Program-made: the position numbers and the translations under genes
In this document: positions 38,130-50,052 of the stretch, in pieces
How the letters are laid out: each line of letters opens with the position of its first letter
Numbering within the stretch: the stretch's first letter is position 1
The notes under the pieces: generated by a model
What the model was told of the DNA's origin: nothing
Seen by the model: the letters and a program-made list of their open reading frames with translations, nothing else
Databases searched by the model: none
Source of the DNA: Mycoplasmataceae bacterium
GTDB lineage: Bacteria > Bacillota_I > Bacilli_A > Mycoplasmatales > Hepatoplasmataceae
Direction: 5' to 3'
DNA length: 64,000 bases
Assembly: GCA_030621645.1 (NCBI GenBank)
Contig: JAUXHI010000001.1
Coordinates: 14,318-78,317, forward strand

Positions 38130-38705
38130 TTATATTTTATGACATTTAAGACATGAAGAATAATATTTAACATCATCGTTTTCAATGGCAATTTGAGAAT
38201 CATTTTTTTCATTAGATGCATCTTTTTGTTCTCTTCTTGAATACAATGCTATTTTTCCACATGTGTAACATACTGCTGTTGTGAGAGTTACGCAGGTAGC
38301 GATTTCTTTTAATTCATTAAACCTGTCAAATGGAATTCTTTTAAAATCCAAATTAAGACCAGAAACAATAATAGATACGCCCTTTGAATTAAGCTCTTTC
38401 ATAACTTTAACCATATCGGAATCAAAAAAATTAAATTCATCTACAAATATGTATTTTGTTTTGTTAGTTAATAAATTTTTAATATCAGAAAAATTTTCTA
38501 TTGAATAAGCTAAAATTTCTCCTGCTGATCTAGAATGTACAACACCTTTATTTCTTGTATCAATTTTTGGTTTAACAACAAGAACAGTTGAAGAAAAATC
38601 ATCAAACTTAGCATTGTACTTGTTATATTCGTTGATTAACATGTGTGACTTCGCAGCATACATTGGTCCTACAATCATATGAATGAATGGTTTTCTAATT
38701 ATCAT
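38130..38705 (-). CDS. tdk: thymidine kinase (191 aa)
   Basis: Intact track ORF. It has a P-loop-like GPMYAAKS, Walker B IFVDEFNFF and the C-terminal zinc ribbon CYTCG...CLKCH. Confidence 0.93.
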   Translation of the reverse strand: MIIRKPFIHMIVGPMYAAKSHMLINEYNKYNAKFDDFSSTVLVVKPKIDTRNKGVVHSRSAGEILAYSIENFSDIKNLLTNKTKYIFVDEFNFFDSDMVKVMKELNSKGVSIIVSGLNLDFKRIPFDRFNELKEIATCVTLTTAVCYTCGKIALYSRREQKDASNEKNDSQIAIENDDVKYYSSCLKCHKI

Positions 38706-38738
38706 AATTCAATTATATGTCTGAAAGTGTTTTGGATA

Positions 38739-38765
38739 ATAAAAAAGAGAGAAATCTTCTCTTTT
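38739..38765 (-). terminator. intrinsic terminator after rpmE
   Basis: The stem pairs 38745-38753 with 38757-38765 (9 bp, one G-U) around a 3-nt loop. A T6 run follows on the minus strand. It lies 10 nt after the stop at 38775. Confidence 0.65.
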
Positions 38766-38774
38766 CTTAAAATA

Positions 38775-39083
38775 TTATTTTTCTTCTTCAACAACTGCTT
38801 CAGCTTCAATATTTTTTGATTCTTCAGTGGTTTCTATGTCTTCTTCTTTTGCTAGTTCAGCTTTCTTGACTTCTTTAATTTCAGCAGCACTGAATCTATC
38901 ATTAAATCTCTTAATTCTACCAGCATTTGAAGAACCTGTCATTTTACCTGTATAAAATGGATGACACATTGAGCAAGTATCAATTTTTATTTCATCAATA
39001 GTTGAATGTGTGTCAAATGTTGTACCACATGTAATACATTGCACTGTTACTTTGTTTAGTTTAGGTTGTATATCTTTTTTCAT
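38775..39083 (-). CDS. rpmE: 50S ribosomal protein L31 with ~38-aa acidic C-terminal extension (102 aa)
   Basis: Intact track ORF reading MKKDIQPKLNKVTVQCITCGTTF...CSMCHPFYTGK...RIKRFNDRF, followed by EIKEVKKAELAKEEDIETTEESKNIEAEAVVEEEK. Confidence 0.93.
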   Translation of the reverse strand: MKKDIQPKLNKVTVQCITCGTTFDTHSTIDEIKIDTCSMCHPFYTGKMTGSSNAGRIKRFNDRFSAAEIKEVKKAELAKEEDIETTEESKNIEAEAVVEEEK

Positions 39084-39131
39084 TTTTTCTCTATTTCTAA
39101 GAAGGTAAATTTATTATAATCAATTTTGTAT

Positions 39132-39156
39132 AAATAAAGGCTATTAGCCTTTATTT
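39132..39156. terminator. 11-bp hairpin spanning the fba stop codon
   Basis: The sequence taaataaaggct-att-agcctttattt is palindromic. The fba TAA (39144-39146) lies in the loop. A T-run follows only on the plus strand. Confidence 0.4.
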
Positions 39157-40022
39157 TTTGAACCAAATAATTCAACTTTTAATTTTGCTGCTTTTTTAAT
39201 TTCTGGTCATGCATATGTTCCTAATACTTTTCTAGGGTCGTATCCTGTACCAAATTTATCTTTCTCTTCTTCAATATATCTTCTAACACCTTTAGTGAAT
39301 GAAGTTTGAAGTTCAGTATTCACATTTATTTTTGCTTCACCGGCTTCAATAGCTTTCCTAACCATATCATCAGGAATTCCTGTACCGCCATGTAAAACTA
39401 ATGGCAATCTGATTTTTACAGAATATTCATTCATTAAGTCAAATTGAAGATCGGGCTCTCCTTGATAATGTCCATGAACAGAACCAAGTGAGGCCGCTAG
39501 TGAATCAATACCAGTTGTTGCCATTGCTTCCACATCAGATAGAGAGGCATAATTTATACCACCAACTATCCCATCTTCTTCACCACCAACTGTCCCAACT
39601 TCTGCTTCAACTGAAACATCTTTTGTTTTTGCATATTCAACCACTTCTTTAGTCTCTTTAACATTTTGTTCTATTGTATGACGTGAACCATCATACATAA
39701 CAGATGAGAAACCAGCATCAATTGCTGCCATAGTTGATTCCACCGTTGTACCATGATCTAAATGTAAAGCAACTGGAACTGTAATGTTTAATTCCCCAAT
39801 TAAACCATTAACCATTCCAACTATAGTTGAATACCCACCCATATACTTAGCCGCACCTTCTGATACTCCAAGTATTACTGGAGATTTTTCTTCTTGCACT
39901 AATTCAAGAACAACTTTTGCTCACTCTAAATTATTTATATTGAATTGAGGAACAGCATATTTGCCATTCTTTGCATCAATAAGCATTTTTTTAGTATTTA
40001 CTAATTTGTTAATAATCATCAT
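39144..40022 (-). CDS. fba: class II fructose-bisphosphate aldolase (292 aa)
   Basis: Track ORF 39207-39899 extends upstream in frame to ATGATG at 40022/40019 (AAGGAGG 5 nt upstream) and downstream through TGA 39207 to TAA 39144 (walked). Motifs: LHLDHG and LVLHGGTG. Confidence 0.93.
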
Positions 40023-40362
40023 TCCCCTCCTTGATAATTGTTTCGATTTCTAATTTTATTTCGTGTGTGTCATTTTCAGTAAGAGTAACTTTTTCGAGTT
40101 CTTCCCCTAAAACTTTTTCTGATATTTGTTTCTTTTCTTCATGAGAATATGAATTGGCTAGGTCTCAAATGTTTTTGCCCACCATAATGATTCTTGAATC
40201 TGATGTCATTGATAAATGTAAATCAGCTTTAAGTGAGTTTTCATCATTTAAGTCTGTTGACATTCCTTCAATAACATCTAATTTTACTGATTTTCATATC
40301 TTATCAAATGGAGTTGCTCCATTTTTCTTTAAGAAAACTAATACATCTTTTACTGCTATCAT
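40009..40362 (-). CDS. rpoE: RNA polymerase delta subunit RpoE, short form (117 aa)
   Basis: Walked codon by codon from ATG 40362 to TAA 40009 (TGA at 40294 and 40165). ..ADLHLSMTSDSRIIMVGKNIWDLANSYS matches the RpoE HARE-HTH core (FYTDLN.DGRF....W.L..WY). Adjacency to fba is as in Bacillus. It overlaps the fba start by 14 nt. Confidence 0.7.
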
Positions 40363-40371
40363 AATATAATT

Positions 40372-42003
40372 TTACATTTTTTCTATTGGTTCTATTCCAA
40401 TTAATTTAAATATTCTTTTCATAACATTCATTGTTAATATAGTTATTTGAATTCTGCTTTCGGCTATTGCTTTTTCTTCACCAATGATTCTACCTGCTCC
40501 ATAGAAAGAATTAAAGGCTTGTGCTAACTCTTTGATATATGAAACTAAAATAAATGGTTCTCTATCCTTTGAAGCTTGAATAACAACATCACCAAATTCA
40601 AATATTTTTTTCAATAAATCTCTTTCTTGAGTAAGACTAATATTTATTTCAGCTTTAATATTTATCGCTCCAACTTCTTGCTTATATTTATTGACAAGTT
40701 GATTTGCTCTAGCATGTGCATACTGTACATAAAAATATGGATTATCTTGATGTTGTTCTCTTATTTCATTAATATTAATAGATAGGTTCTGTTCCTTTGA
40801 TTTTGAAATTATAAAATATCTTGCTACATCAACAGGGAGAGATTCAAGAATGTCTTTTATTCTTAATGAAGTCCCTGCCCTTTTTGACATTTTGACTTTC
40901 TCGCCTTTATCTTCAATTTGAACCATATTGATAAAATCTGTTTTTAATTTATCAGGATCATTTTTAAGATGTCACATTGATGCTAATATTCTTGTCTGAT
41001 ATCCGTAATGGTCTTTCCCTCACAAATTAATCATTTGGTCATATCCTCTTCCATATTTTTGAATATGGTTAGCAACATCACTAGTCATATATGTGAAATC
41101 ACCATTTCTTTTAATAAGCACTCTATCTTTATCATCACCAAATACTTTAGTTTTTAATCATTTTGCACCGTCTTCAATATATAGTGCTCCTGCATCTTCT
41201 AATTTATTAATCGCTGATGTTGTCTTCCCAGATTCAATCATTTCTTTTTCAGATGTTCAATATCTAAATTCTTTAACTTTGATTTTAAGTAATAAATCTT
41301 TTATTCTTTGCAAGAAATGCTTAACCCCTATGTCAGAAAGTTTAAGTATTGATCCCTGCTGAGTCAATTCTAGAAATTGCTCTTTACTATCTTGTGCCAA
41401 CTCTTTTGCATAGGCAATAATTTCTACACCGTGATAACCAACATTTTCTTTTTCAAGATCACATTCTTTTCCCAGTAATGGAGCAAGATAAAAGTAAACT
41501 GATTCTGCCATTGTTGTTATTTGGTTTCCGGAATCATTAATTCAATATTCTCTATCAACAATATTTCCTATGTATGTTAATAAATTTGAAATTATATCCC
41601 CAACTACAGCATTTCTTAAATGCCCGATATGAAGATCTCCTGTTGGATTTGCTGAAATAAATTCATAATTTATTTTCTTTTTGTCAATTTTGAAATCAGG
41701 CTTGAATGTTTCATCTTTAAATTTATTAACTGAATTAATTAAAAAATTATTCTTTAATTTAAAGTTAACAAACCCAGGTTTAGTTACATTAACATCAGTA
41801 AAAATCTCAATATCACTTATAGACTCTTTTATATCTTCAGCTATATCCATAGGATTTTTATTTTTAATTTTAGATAATTTCAATGCTAAGTTTAATGAGT
41901 AATCACCAAAATCAGAATTTTTACTTCTGATTATTTCTATTGAGTTGTCTTCCAATATATTTGAAAGTTTATTTTCTATTTGTTCTATAAATTCTAATTT
42001 CAT
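40372..42003 (-). CDS. argS: arginine--tRNA ligase (543 aa)
   Basis: Track ORFs 41542-42003, 41257-41511 and 40372-40926 lie in one frame. It has the HIGH motif SANPTGDLHIGHLRN and the C-terminal anticodon-binding domain ending ..IGIEPIEKM. Confidence 0.95.
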
Positions 42004-43173
42004 TATTTTACCTCAACCCCCACCAATGGTTCTTCATATAATCTTTTTTGATCACCTAATTTTTTGATTATTAATGATACTTCTGAACCAGGTTTTACAT
42101 TGCCTTCAAAATCTTTTATATAAAATTCTTTTTCAGGGTCATTTTCATAAAATTTTCATCCTTCTTTAATAATGAAAACATTTCATGTTATGTCTTTTAA
42201 AGACCGCTCTTGTGAAGATGCTCATTTTTTAATTTCTGCTTCAGAACCCGAAATTATTTTAAGTGGTTTTCTATTAAGAAATGCTCTAGCAATTTTAGAT
42301 AATAATTCATCTTCACTAAAAATTGCTTTGTTAAATAGACTTAAAATGTAACTGTCATCCATTGATTGAAAGTCTTCTAATGATATATCACCACTATTAA
42401 CTTTTCTTAATTTACTTGACATTTCTTCACACAATTTTCCTTCCTCATCTAATTCTGTTAATCTATTAAAAAAGAATGGAGTTAATTGTGCAAATGATTC
42501 GTTTTTATAATTATGATAAATGGCTTCATTCATATGAAATCTCCCCAATAACATTTCTTCTAGTGCAGGAAGTGCCTTTTGAGAATAAACCAGTTTCTCA
42601 TTATGCAAGACCATATTTTTTGTAATAAACTTTCAATCTATACAACCAAATGTTGTTCCTGTAAAAGTAGCATCTCTGTTTAAATAATCCATTCTATCTA
42701 AATCAACTTCTGAAGAAATAAGTTTATTCGCTCAATCCAGTTCATGTTCACCATTTATGATTTGTACAGTTTCAATTGCAGCTTGAGGGTCATTTTTTGA
42801 AAAAGCCTTTGCCACTTCTGTATTTTGATCTTGAATAATCTTAACAGTAAATAATTCATGATTTATTTTTGAAACTTTTTCAAAATTATGAGAAAGAGGA
42901 CCATGTCCAACATCATGTAAAAGCGCAGCTGAAAGTATAGCTCTTCTTGTAGATAAAGAGGTTTCGGGATTCAAGTTTTCTAGTACTTTATAGGCCAGAT
43001 AATAAACTCCTAATGAGTGTGACAACCTTGTGTGTGTTGCTGCTGGGTAAATAAAATCTGATACACCTAAATGTTTGATTCTACCTAATCTTTGAAATTC
43101 TCTACTATTATAAAGATCAAATATTAGTTCATCCTTTATTGATATACCTCCATATATTGCATCTGTTATGTAT

Positions 43174-43187
<14 letters not shown>
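42003..43187 (-). CDS. HD-domain phosphohydrolase (dNTPase-like, 394 aa)
   Basis: Track ORFs 42732-43187 and 42222-42614 are in frame. Motifs: RLSHSLGV and [12 protein letters not shown]. The frame runs to TAA 42003-42005, which overlaps the argS ATG. Confidence 0.8.
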
Positions 43188-44598
<1,411 letters not shown>

Positions 44599-44615
44599 AA
44601 TTCTATTATAACCTT

Positions 44616-45707
44616 TTAAGTGTTAAATCTAAAATGGACAATGTCACCATCTTTCATGATGTAACTCTTTCCTTCTAATCTGATTTTTCCAGCATCTTTA
44701 ACTGCTTGTTCTGACATATATTCTTCCAAATCAATAATGTTAAAAATTTCTGCTTTTATAAATCCTTTTTCAAAATCGGTATGTATGATACCAGATGCCT
44801 CAGAGGCAGTCATATTCTTTTTAAAAGCTCAAGCATGTGTTTCTTGTGGTCCTACAGTAAAGTATGTCTCAAGACCAAGAATTGAAAATGCAGAACTTGA
44901 TACTTTGTTTAATCCAGTTTCTTCCATACCCAATGAATCTAAAAATTCTTTTTGTGATTTATCATCTAACTTAGAAATTTCATATTCTATTTGTGCAGAA
45001 ATAATTATTAATTGTGAATTTTCTATTTCAGCAACTTTTCTAACTTCTTCTATTTCCTTTGAAGTTTTTATATTAATGTTTTCTTCTGCAACATTACCTA
45101 AAAAGATTATAGGTTTTAATGTTAAAAAATTAAAAAGAGTTACAAATTCCATTTCCTTATCTGTAATTTGTAATGAACTTAATTTCTGTGCACTAATTAA
45201 ATGAGCATGAATCTTTCTAATAATTTCCAGTTCATTTTTATCCCCATTACTGGAAAGAATTCTTCTTTCATTTTTTTGTAGTCATCTATTTGTTTGCTCA
45301 ATATCAGATAATATTAATTCAATGTTTATAGTTTCGATATCCCTAATTGGATCTACTCCACCTTCTACATGAACAATATCACTATTATTAAAAAACCTAA
45401 CAACATGCAATATTGCATCTACTTCCCTAATATTTGCTAGAAACTGGTTACCAAGTCCTTCGCCTTTGGAGGCACCCTTTACCAATCCGGCAACATCAAC
45501 AAAAGTTATTTGATTATAAATTTTTTTAGAAGAACTATAAATAGAGGCAAGGAGATCCACTCTCTTGTCCTTAATTTCTACTACTCCTATGTTTGGTTCA
45601 ATGGTAGCAAATGGGTAATTTTCTGCTTTAATTTCTGAATTTGTTATTGCATTAAATAATGTTGATTTACCTACATTAGGCAAACCAACTATTCCTATCT
45701 TTAACAT
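44616..45707 (-). CDS. ychF: ribosome-binding ATPase YchF (363 aa)
   Basis: Three in-frame track fragments. The N-terminus is [16 protein letters not shown], and the C-terminal TGS-like region reads ..[12 protein letters not shown]. Confidence 0.95.
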
Positions 45708-45710
45708 CTT

Positions 45711-46652
45711 TTACTTTTCTAAAGCATCAATTCTTCCTAGAATTCTATTTAATTGCTCATTTCCTTTATATTTTATTATTATTTTTCTATCAGTAATTTC
45801 TACTTTGGTTTTTACTTTATTTCTTAGTAAGTCTTCTGCATTTTCTAAAGCAGCAGATTTTCTTATTGGTTTCTTTTTAGTTGCGCCTTTTCTAAACTCA
45901 CTTAATTTATAACCGCGTGCAATATTCTCAACTTCTCTAACTGTTAAACCTTCACTAAGTATTCTCTCAAATAATGTTCTAGCATTTTTTTGTTCAAGTG
46001 ATATAAGAGGCTTGGCATGACCAAATGTTAAGTTGCCAGAAAGAACAGAATCAATAATTCTACTTTCTAATTTTAATAGTCTTAATGAGTTAGTAATATA
46101 AACTCTAGACTTCCCTAGTATTTTTGAAGCTTGTTCATGAGTCATTTTATAATCATCAATTAATTGTTTAACAGCAACTGCTTCTTCAATGGGGTTTAAA
46201 TCTTCCCTTTGAATATTTTCAATCAATGCAAGTTCTTGCATCTTTCTATCAGAAACATCTATAACGATAGCTTTTATAGTGGCTTTGTTTGCTAATTTTG
46301 AAGATCTATATCTTCTTTCTCCAGCAACTATATAGTATGTTCCTGTTTTAGATTTTTTAACTACAATAGGTGTTAATAATCCATTTTCTTTTATTGAATT
46401 TGATAATTCTTTTAATTTTTCCTTATCAAAAACCCTTCTTGGTTGATGGGGGTTAGGTACTATTTTTGCTATTTTTAAAATTTGTACACTATTTTCAGAA
46501 ATCTCCTCCTCGGGAGAAGATTTTGTTGTCGCTTGTACATCATTAATAACTTTTAAAATATCTTCTCCAAATATTTCATCTAATCCTTTTGTTAAAGCTT
46601 TTTTTCTGTTTATTATTTTTGTTGTTTTTTTATTTGTTTTTGTTGTTGCCAT
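45711..46652 (-). CDS. parB: chromosome partitioning protein ParB/Spo0J (313 aa)
   Basis: Intact track ORF. It has ParB box motifs LLTPIVVKK and VAGERRYRSSKLA, plus the HTH QEQASKILGKSRVYITNSLRLL. Confidence 0.92.
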   Translation of the reverse strand: MATTKTNKKTTKIINRKKALTKGLDEIFGEDILKVINDVQATTKSSPEEEISENSVQILKIAKIVPNPHQPRRVFDKEKLKELSNSIKENGLLTPIVVKKSKTGTYYIVAGERRYRSSKLANKATIKAIVIDVSDRKMQELALIENIQREDLNPIEEAVAVKQLIDDYKMTHEQASKILGKSRVYITNSLRLLKLESRIIDSVLSGNLTFGHAKPLISLEQKNARTLFERILSEGLTVREVENIARGYKLSEFRKGATKKKPIRKSAALENAEDLLRNKVKTKVEITDRKIIIKYKGNEQLNRILGRIDALEK

Positions 46653-46655
46653 TTT

Positions 46656-47414
46656 TTAATCTTTTAATACTTCCTTAGTTAAGTTTTCATATGCAATTGC
46701 ACCTTTTGAAGTTTTTTGGTAATCAAAGATTGATAAACCAGTTGATGGCGACTCTGCTAAAGATATGTTTCTTGGTATTTTAATTTTAAAAACCTTTTCT
46801 TTAAAGAATTTTTTAACTTCTGCTTCTACTTCACTAGCCAAATTTGTTCTATTATCAAACATTGTTAGTAATATTCCACCTATAATCAACTTAGAATTAA
46901 ACATTTTTTTTACTAATGATATTGTTGATAGTAATTGTGTCAATCCTTCAAGTGCATAATACTCTGCTTGAATTGGAATTATGACTTCATCAGCATATGT
47001 TAATGCATGTCTATTAATTAAGCCTAGTGATGGTGGACAATCCATAATTATATAATCATATTTATTTTTTATCTTTTTAAATCTTTCTTCAAATAATTTT
47101 TCTGATTTATTATTCTTATTTGAAAGATATATTTCTGCTCCAGCTAAACTTATAGAGGAAGGAATTAAGTCAACATTTTTTGCAGATGTTTTTACAATCA
47201 CTTTGTTTATGTCTGTGTTATTAACTAATACATCAAAAACATCAAGTTTTATATCGTCTTTTTCTATTCCCAACCCTGTTGTTGAATTAGCTTGGGCATC
47301 AAGATCAACTAATAGTATTTTTTTATCTACAAGTCCTAATCCAGCTGAGAGATTCATAGCGGTAGTAGTTTTTCCTACCCCACCTTTTTGATTTGTGATT
47401 GCTATTTTTTTCAT
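46656..47414 (-). CDS. parA: chromosome partitioning ATPase ParA/Soj (252 aa)
   Basis: Intact track ORF with the deviant Walker A NQKGGVGKTTT and DCPPSLG. Confidence 0.93.
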   Translation of the reverse strand: MKKIAITNQKGGVGKTTTAMNLSAGLGLVDKKILLVDLDAQANSTTGLGIEKDDIKLDVFDVLVNNTDINKVIVKTSAKNVDLIPSSISLAGAEIYLSNKNNKSEKLFEERFKKIKNKYDYIIMDCPPSLGLINRHALTYADEVIIPIQAEYYALEGLTQLLSTISLVKKMFNSKLIIGGILLTMFDNRTNLASEVEAEVKKFFKEKVFKIKIPRNISLAESPSTGLSIFDYQKTSKGAIAYENLTKEVLKD

Positions 47415-47442
47415 TATTTATATTATACCAATCTCTTGTCTT

Positions 47443-47461
47443 GTGGAACATAATGTTTCAC
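47443..47461. promoter_or_regulatory. 9-1-9 palindrome built from swapped parS half-sites (GTGGAACAT-A-ATGTTTCAC) 29 nt upstream of parA
   Basis: Direct reading. GTGGAACA (47443-47450) and TGTTTCAC (47454-47461) are the two parS half-sites in reversed order. There is one mismatch to perfect dyad symmetry. Confidence 0.6.
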
Positions 47462-47488
47462 AAAAAAACACTATAATTTAGTGTTTTT
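47461..47488 (-). terminator. intrinsic terminator of rsmG, overlapping its stop codon
   Basis: aaaaacact (47464-47472) pairs with agtgttttt (47480-47488) around a 7-nt loop. The minus-strand 3' arm runs into a T7 tract. Confidence 0.6.
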
Positions 47489-48170
47489 AATAAATGGGAT
47501 TTGATTTGATTTGTACATACTCTCTAGGATATTCTTTATTTGTTGAATCTATTTTTTGGAACACAATTAAATTTCTTTCTATTTTATCTTCTAGGTTATA
47601 TTGCATTCTTTTATCTTTAACAATGCCAAGGGGTTTAATAGAACTTCATTCTAGAGGAATTTCATCATCTAAATTAGAACCTTTCCATAAAATTAGTTTT
47701 CCCCCAACGCAAACTGTATATGCAGTTAATTCCAAAAGAATATTTAATGGAGCAACTGCTCTTGAAACTGTTATATCAAACTCTTCTCAAAAATCTTCAG
47801 TCATTTCTTCAATTCTTCCCATTATAACTTCAACATTTTTTAAATTTAGTTTGGCAATAGCATGAGTAATAAAGTTTGTTTTTTTGTTATTTGAATCTAA
47901 TAATGTAAAGTCGGAACCAGGAACAGCAATTGCAAGAACTAATCCTGGAAATCCTCCACCAGTACCTACATCTAAAATGTTTTTGTCTCTTAAATTCTGT
48001 GTTTTAAACACTATCAATGAATCAGCTATTTGTCTATCTCAAAATTCTTTTTTTGTTTTAATTGCAGTTATGTTTGTATGTTGATTATATTCTAACGCAA
48101 GATTAATTAACTTGTCAAGCAAGTCATATTGTATTTCACTTAAATTGTATTCTTTAATTAAATTTTTCAT
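47487..48170 (-). CDS. rsmG: 16S rRNA (guanine527-N7)-methyltransferase RsmG/GidB (227 aa)
   Basis: Track ORF 47787-48017 (ILDVGTGGGFPGLVLAI) is in frame with ATG 48170. I walked the 3' end to TAA 47487. Confidence 0.9.
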
Positions 48171-48171
48171 T

Positions 48172-50052
48172 TTATTTTTCCTTTGCATTTACATATTGTA
48201 TTAATATTATTATATCAGAAGGGTTCACGCCTGAAATTCTTGATGCTTGATATACTGTTAAAGGTTTGAAGTTTGCAAGTTTTTCTCTAGCTTCAAGAGC
48301 AAGGTTATTAATATTTGCATAATCAAAATTATTACCTAATTCAAGATTTTGAAGCCTCTTATATTTTAGAACTTCTCTTTCTTGTTTATTTATATAACCT
48401 TCAAATTTAATTTCAATGCTCAGTTTTTGTTTTTCAATTTCTGAAAGTTGAGCATATAATGGTAATTCATCAATTAACATTTTATCTAATTCTTCAATTG
48501 AAAATTCTGGTCTTTTTAAGATATCAATTGCAGGTATTGATTCTACATTGATATCAATATCTTTTTCTATTAATAAGTCCATAAAATCTTTTAATGATTT
48601 TTTAAACCTAACATCTCATAGAGATTTTTTAATCATTTCAATATTTTTTAATCTTGTCCTTATTTCTGTATATCTTTCTTTAGAAATTAAGTTGTTAATA
48701 TATGCTTTTTCATGTAATCTTTCAACGGCATTATCATTTCTCAAAAGCAATCTATATTCAGCACGAGAAGTAAGTAATCTATATGGATCAGTTATTCCTT
48801 TAGTAGTAATGTCATCTATCAGTACTCCTATATATGATTCATTTCTATCAAGAATAAATTGTTTTCTATTTTCAATGGAATTAACTACATTTACACCAGC
48901 CACCAAGCCTTGTGCTGCCGCTTCTTCATAACCTGATGTTCCATTTATTTGACCAGCAAAATATAAATTCTTTAATTTTTTAAGTTCTAGAGTTTGTTGT
49001 AATTGTTTCGGATCTATAACATCATACTCAATAGCATATGCATATTTTTCGAATATTGCATTTTCGAAACCAGATATTGTTTTTATAAGTGACTCTTGAA
49101 CTTCTTTGGGCATAGATGAAGAAACGCCCGCTAAATAGGTTGTGTCTAATTCTTCAGATTCAATTTCTAAAAATATTTGATGTCTACTTTTGTCAGCAAA
49201 TCTTTTAACTTTATCTTCAATAGATGGACAATATCTTGGACCTGTTCCTGTTATTTCCTCAGAATATAAATATGATTTTTCAATATTATTATTTATTACA
49301 TTATGAGTTTTAATATTAGTATATGCAAGATAAGCTGAAATATTTTGGAAACATTTTTTAATTTCAAGATTTTCAGTGAAATAAATTGGTTCATATGAAC
49401 CTGGCACTTCTTGCATTTTTTCAAAATTAATAGAACTGGTTATGATTCTAGGCGGAGTTCCAGTTTTCAATCTCTTAAGATTAATATCAAGATTTTCTAA
49501 CTGTTGTGAAATTGTTTCGTTGGTTTTCTTGCCATCTGGACCTTCTGAAATAACATTCATCCCTTTCATTGTTTTTGCTCTTAAGAATGTCCCTGCTGCA
49601 ATAATTGTTTTCTTTGCAAAAATTTCAGTTCCATCACTTAGAATCACACCATTAACTTCATTATTATTTATAATTAACGAAGTAACTTCTGCTTCTATTA
49701 AATCAATATCTGTTTTTGTTTTAATATAGTTTGTGATAAATTTTGGGTATTTTACCTTATCTATTTGTGCTCTTAAAGCTCTAACGGCAGGGCCTTTAGA
49801 TTGATTTAATATTTTGGTTTGTAGTTGAGTCTCATCAGCAGCTAAAGGCATTAATCCGCCAAGAGCAAATATCTCCTTAACAACTATTCCTTTTGCAGAT
49901 CCACCAATTGAAACATTACATGGTAATGACGCAATATCTTTTTCTGAAAAAGATATTAATGCCGTTGCTTGATTTAATTTATCTGAAATATTTGCTGCTT
50001 CGACACCTGCATGTCCAGCACCAACAACTATTACGTCATAATTATTTTTCAT
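48172..50052 (-). CDS. mnmG: tRNA uridine-5-carboxymethylaminomethyl synthesis enzyme MnmG/GidA (626 aa)
   Basis: Track ORFs 48616-50052 and 48172-48582 are in frame. The N-terminus carries the FAD motif YDVIVVGAGHAGVEAA. Confidence 0.96.
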
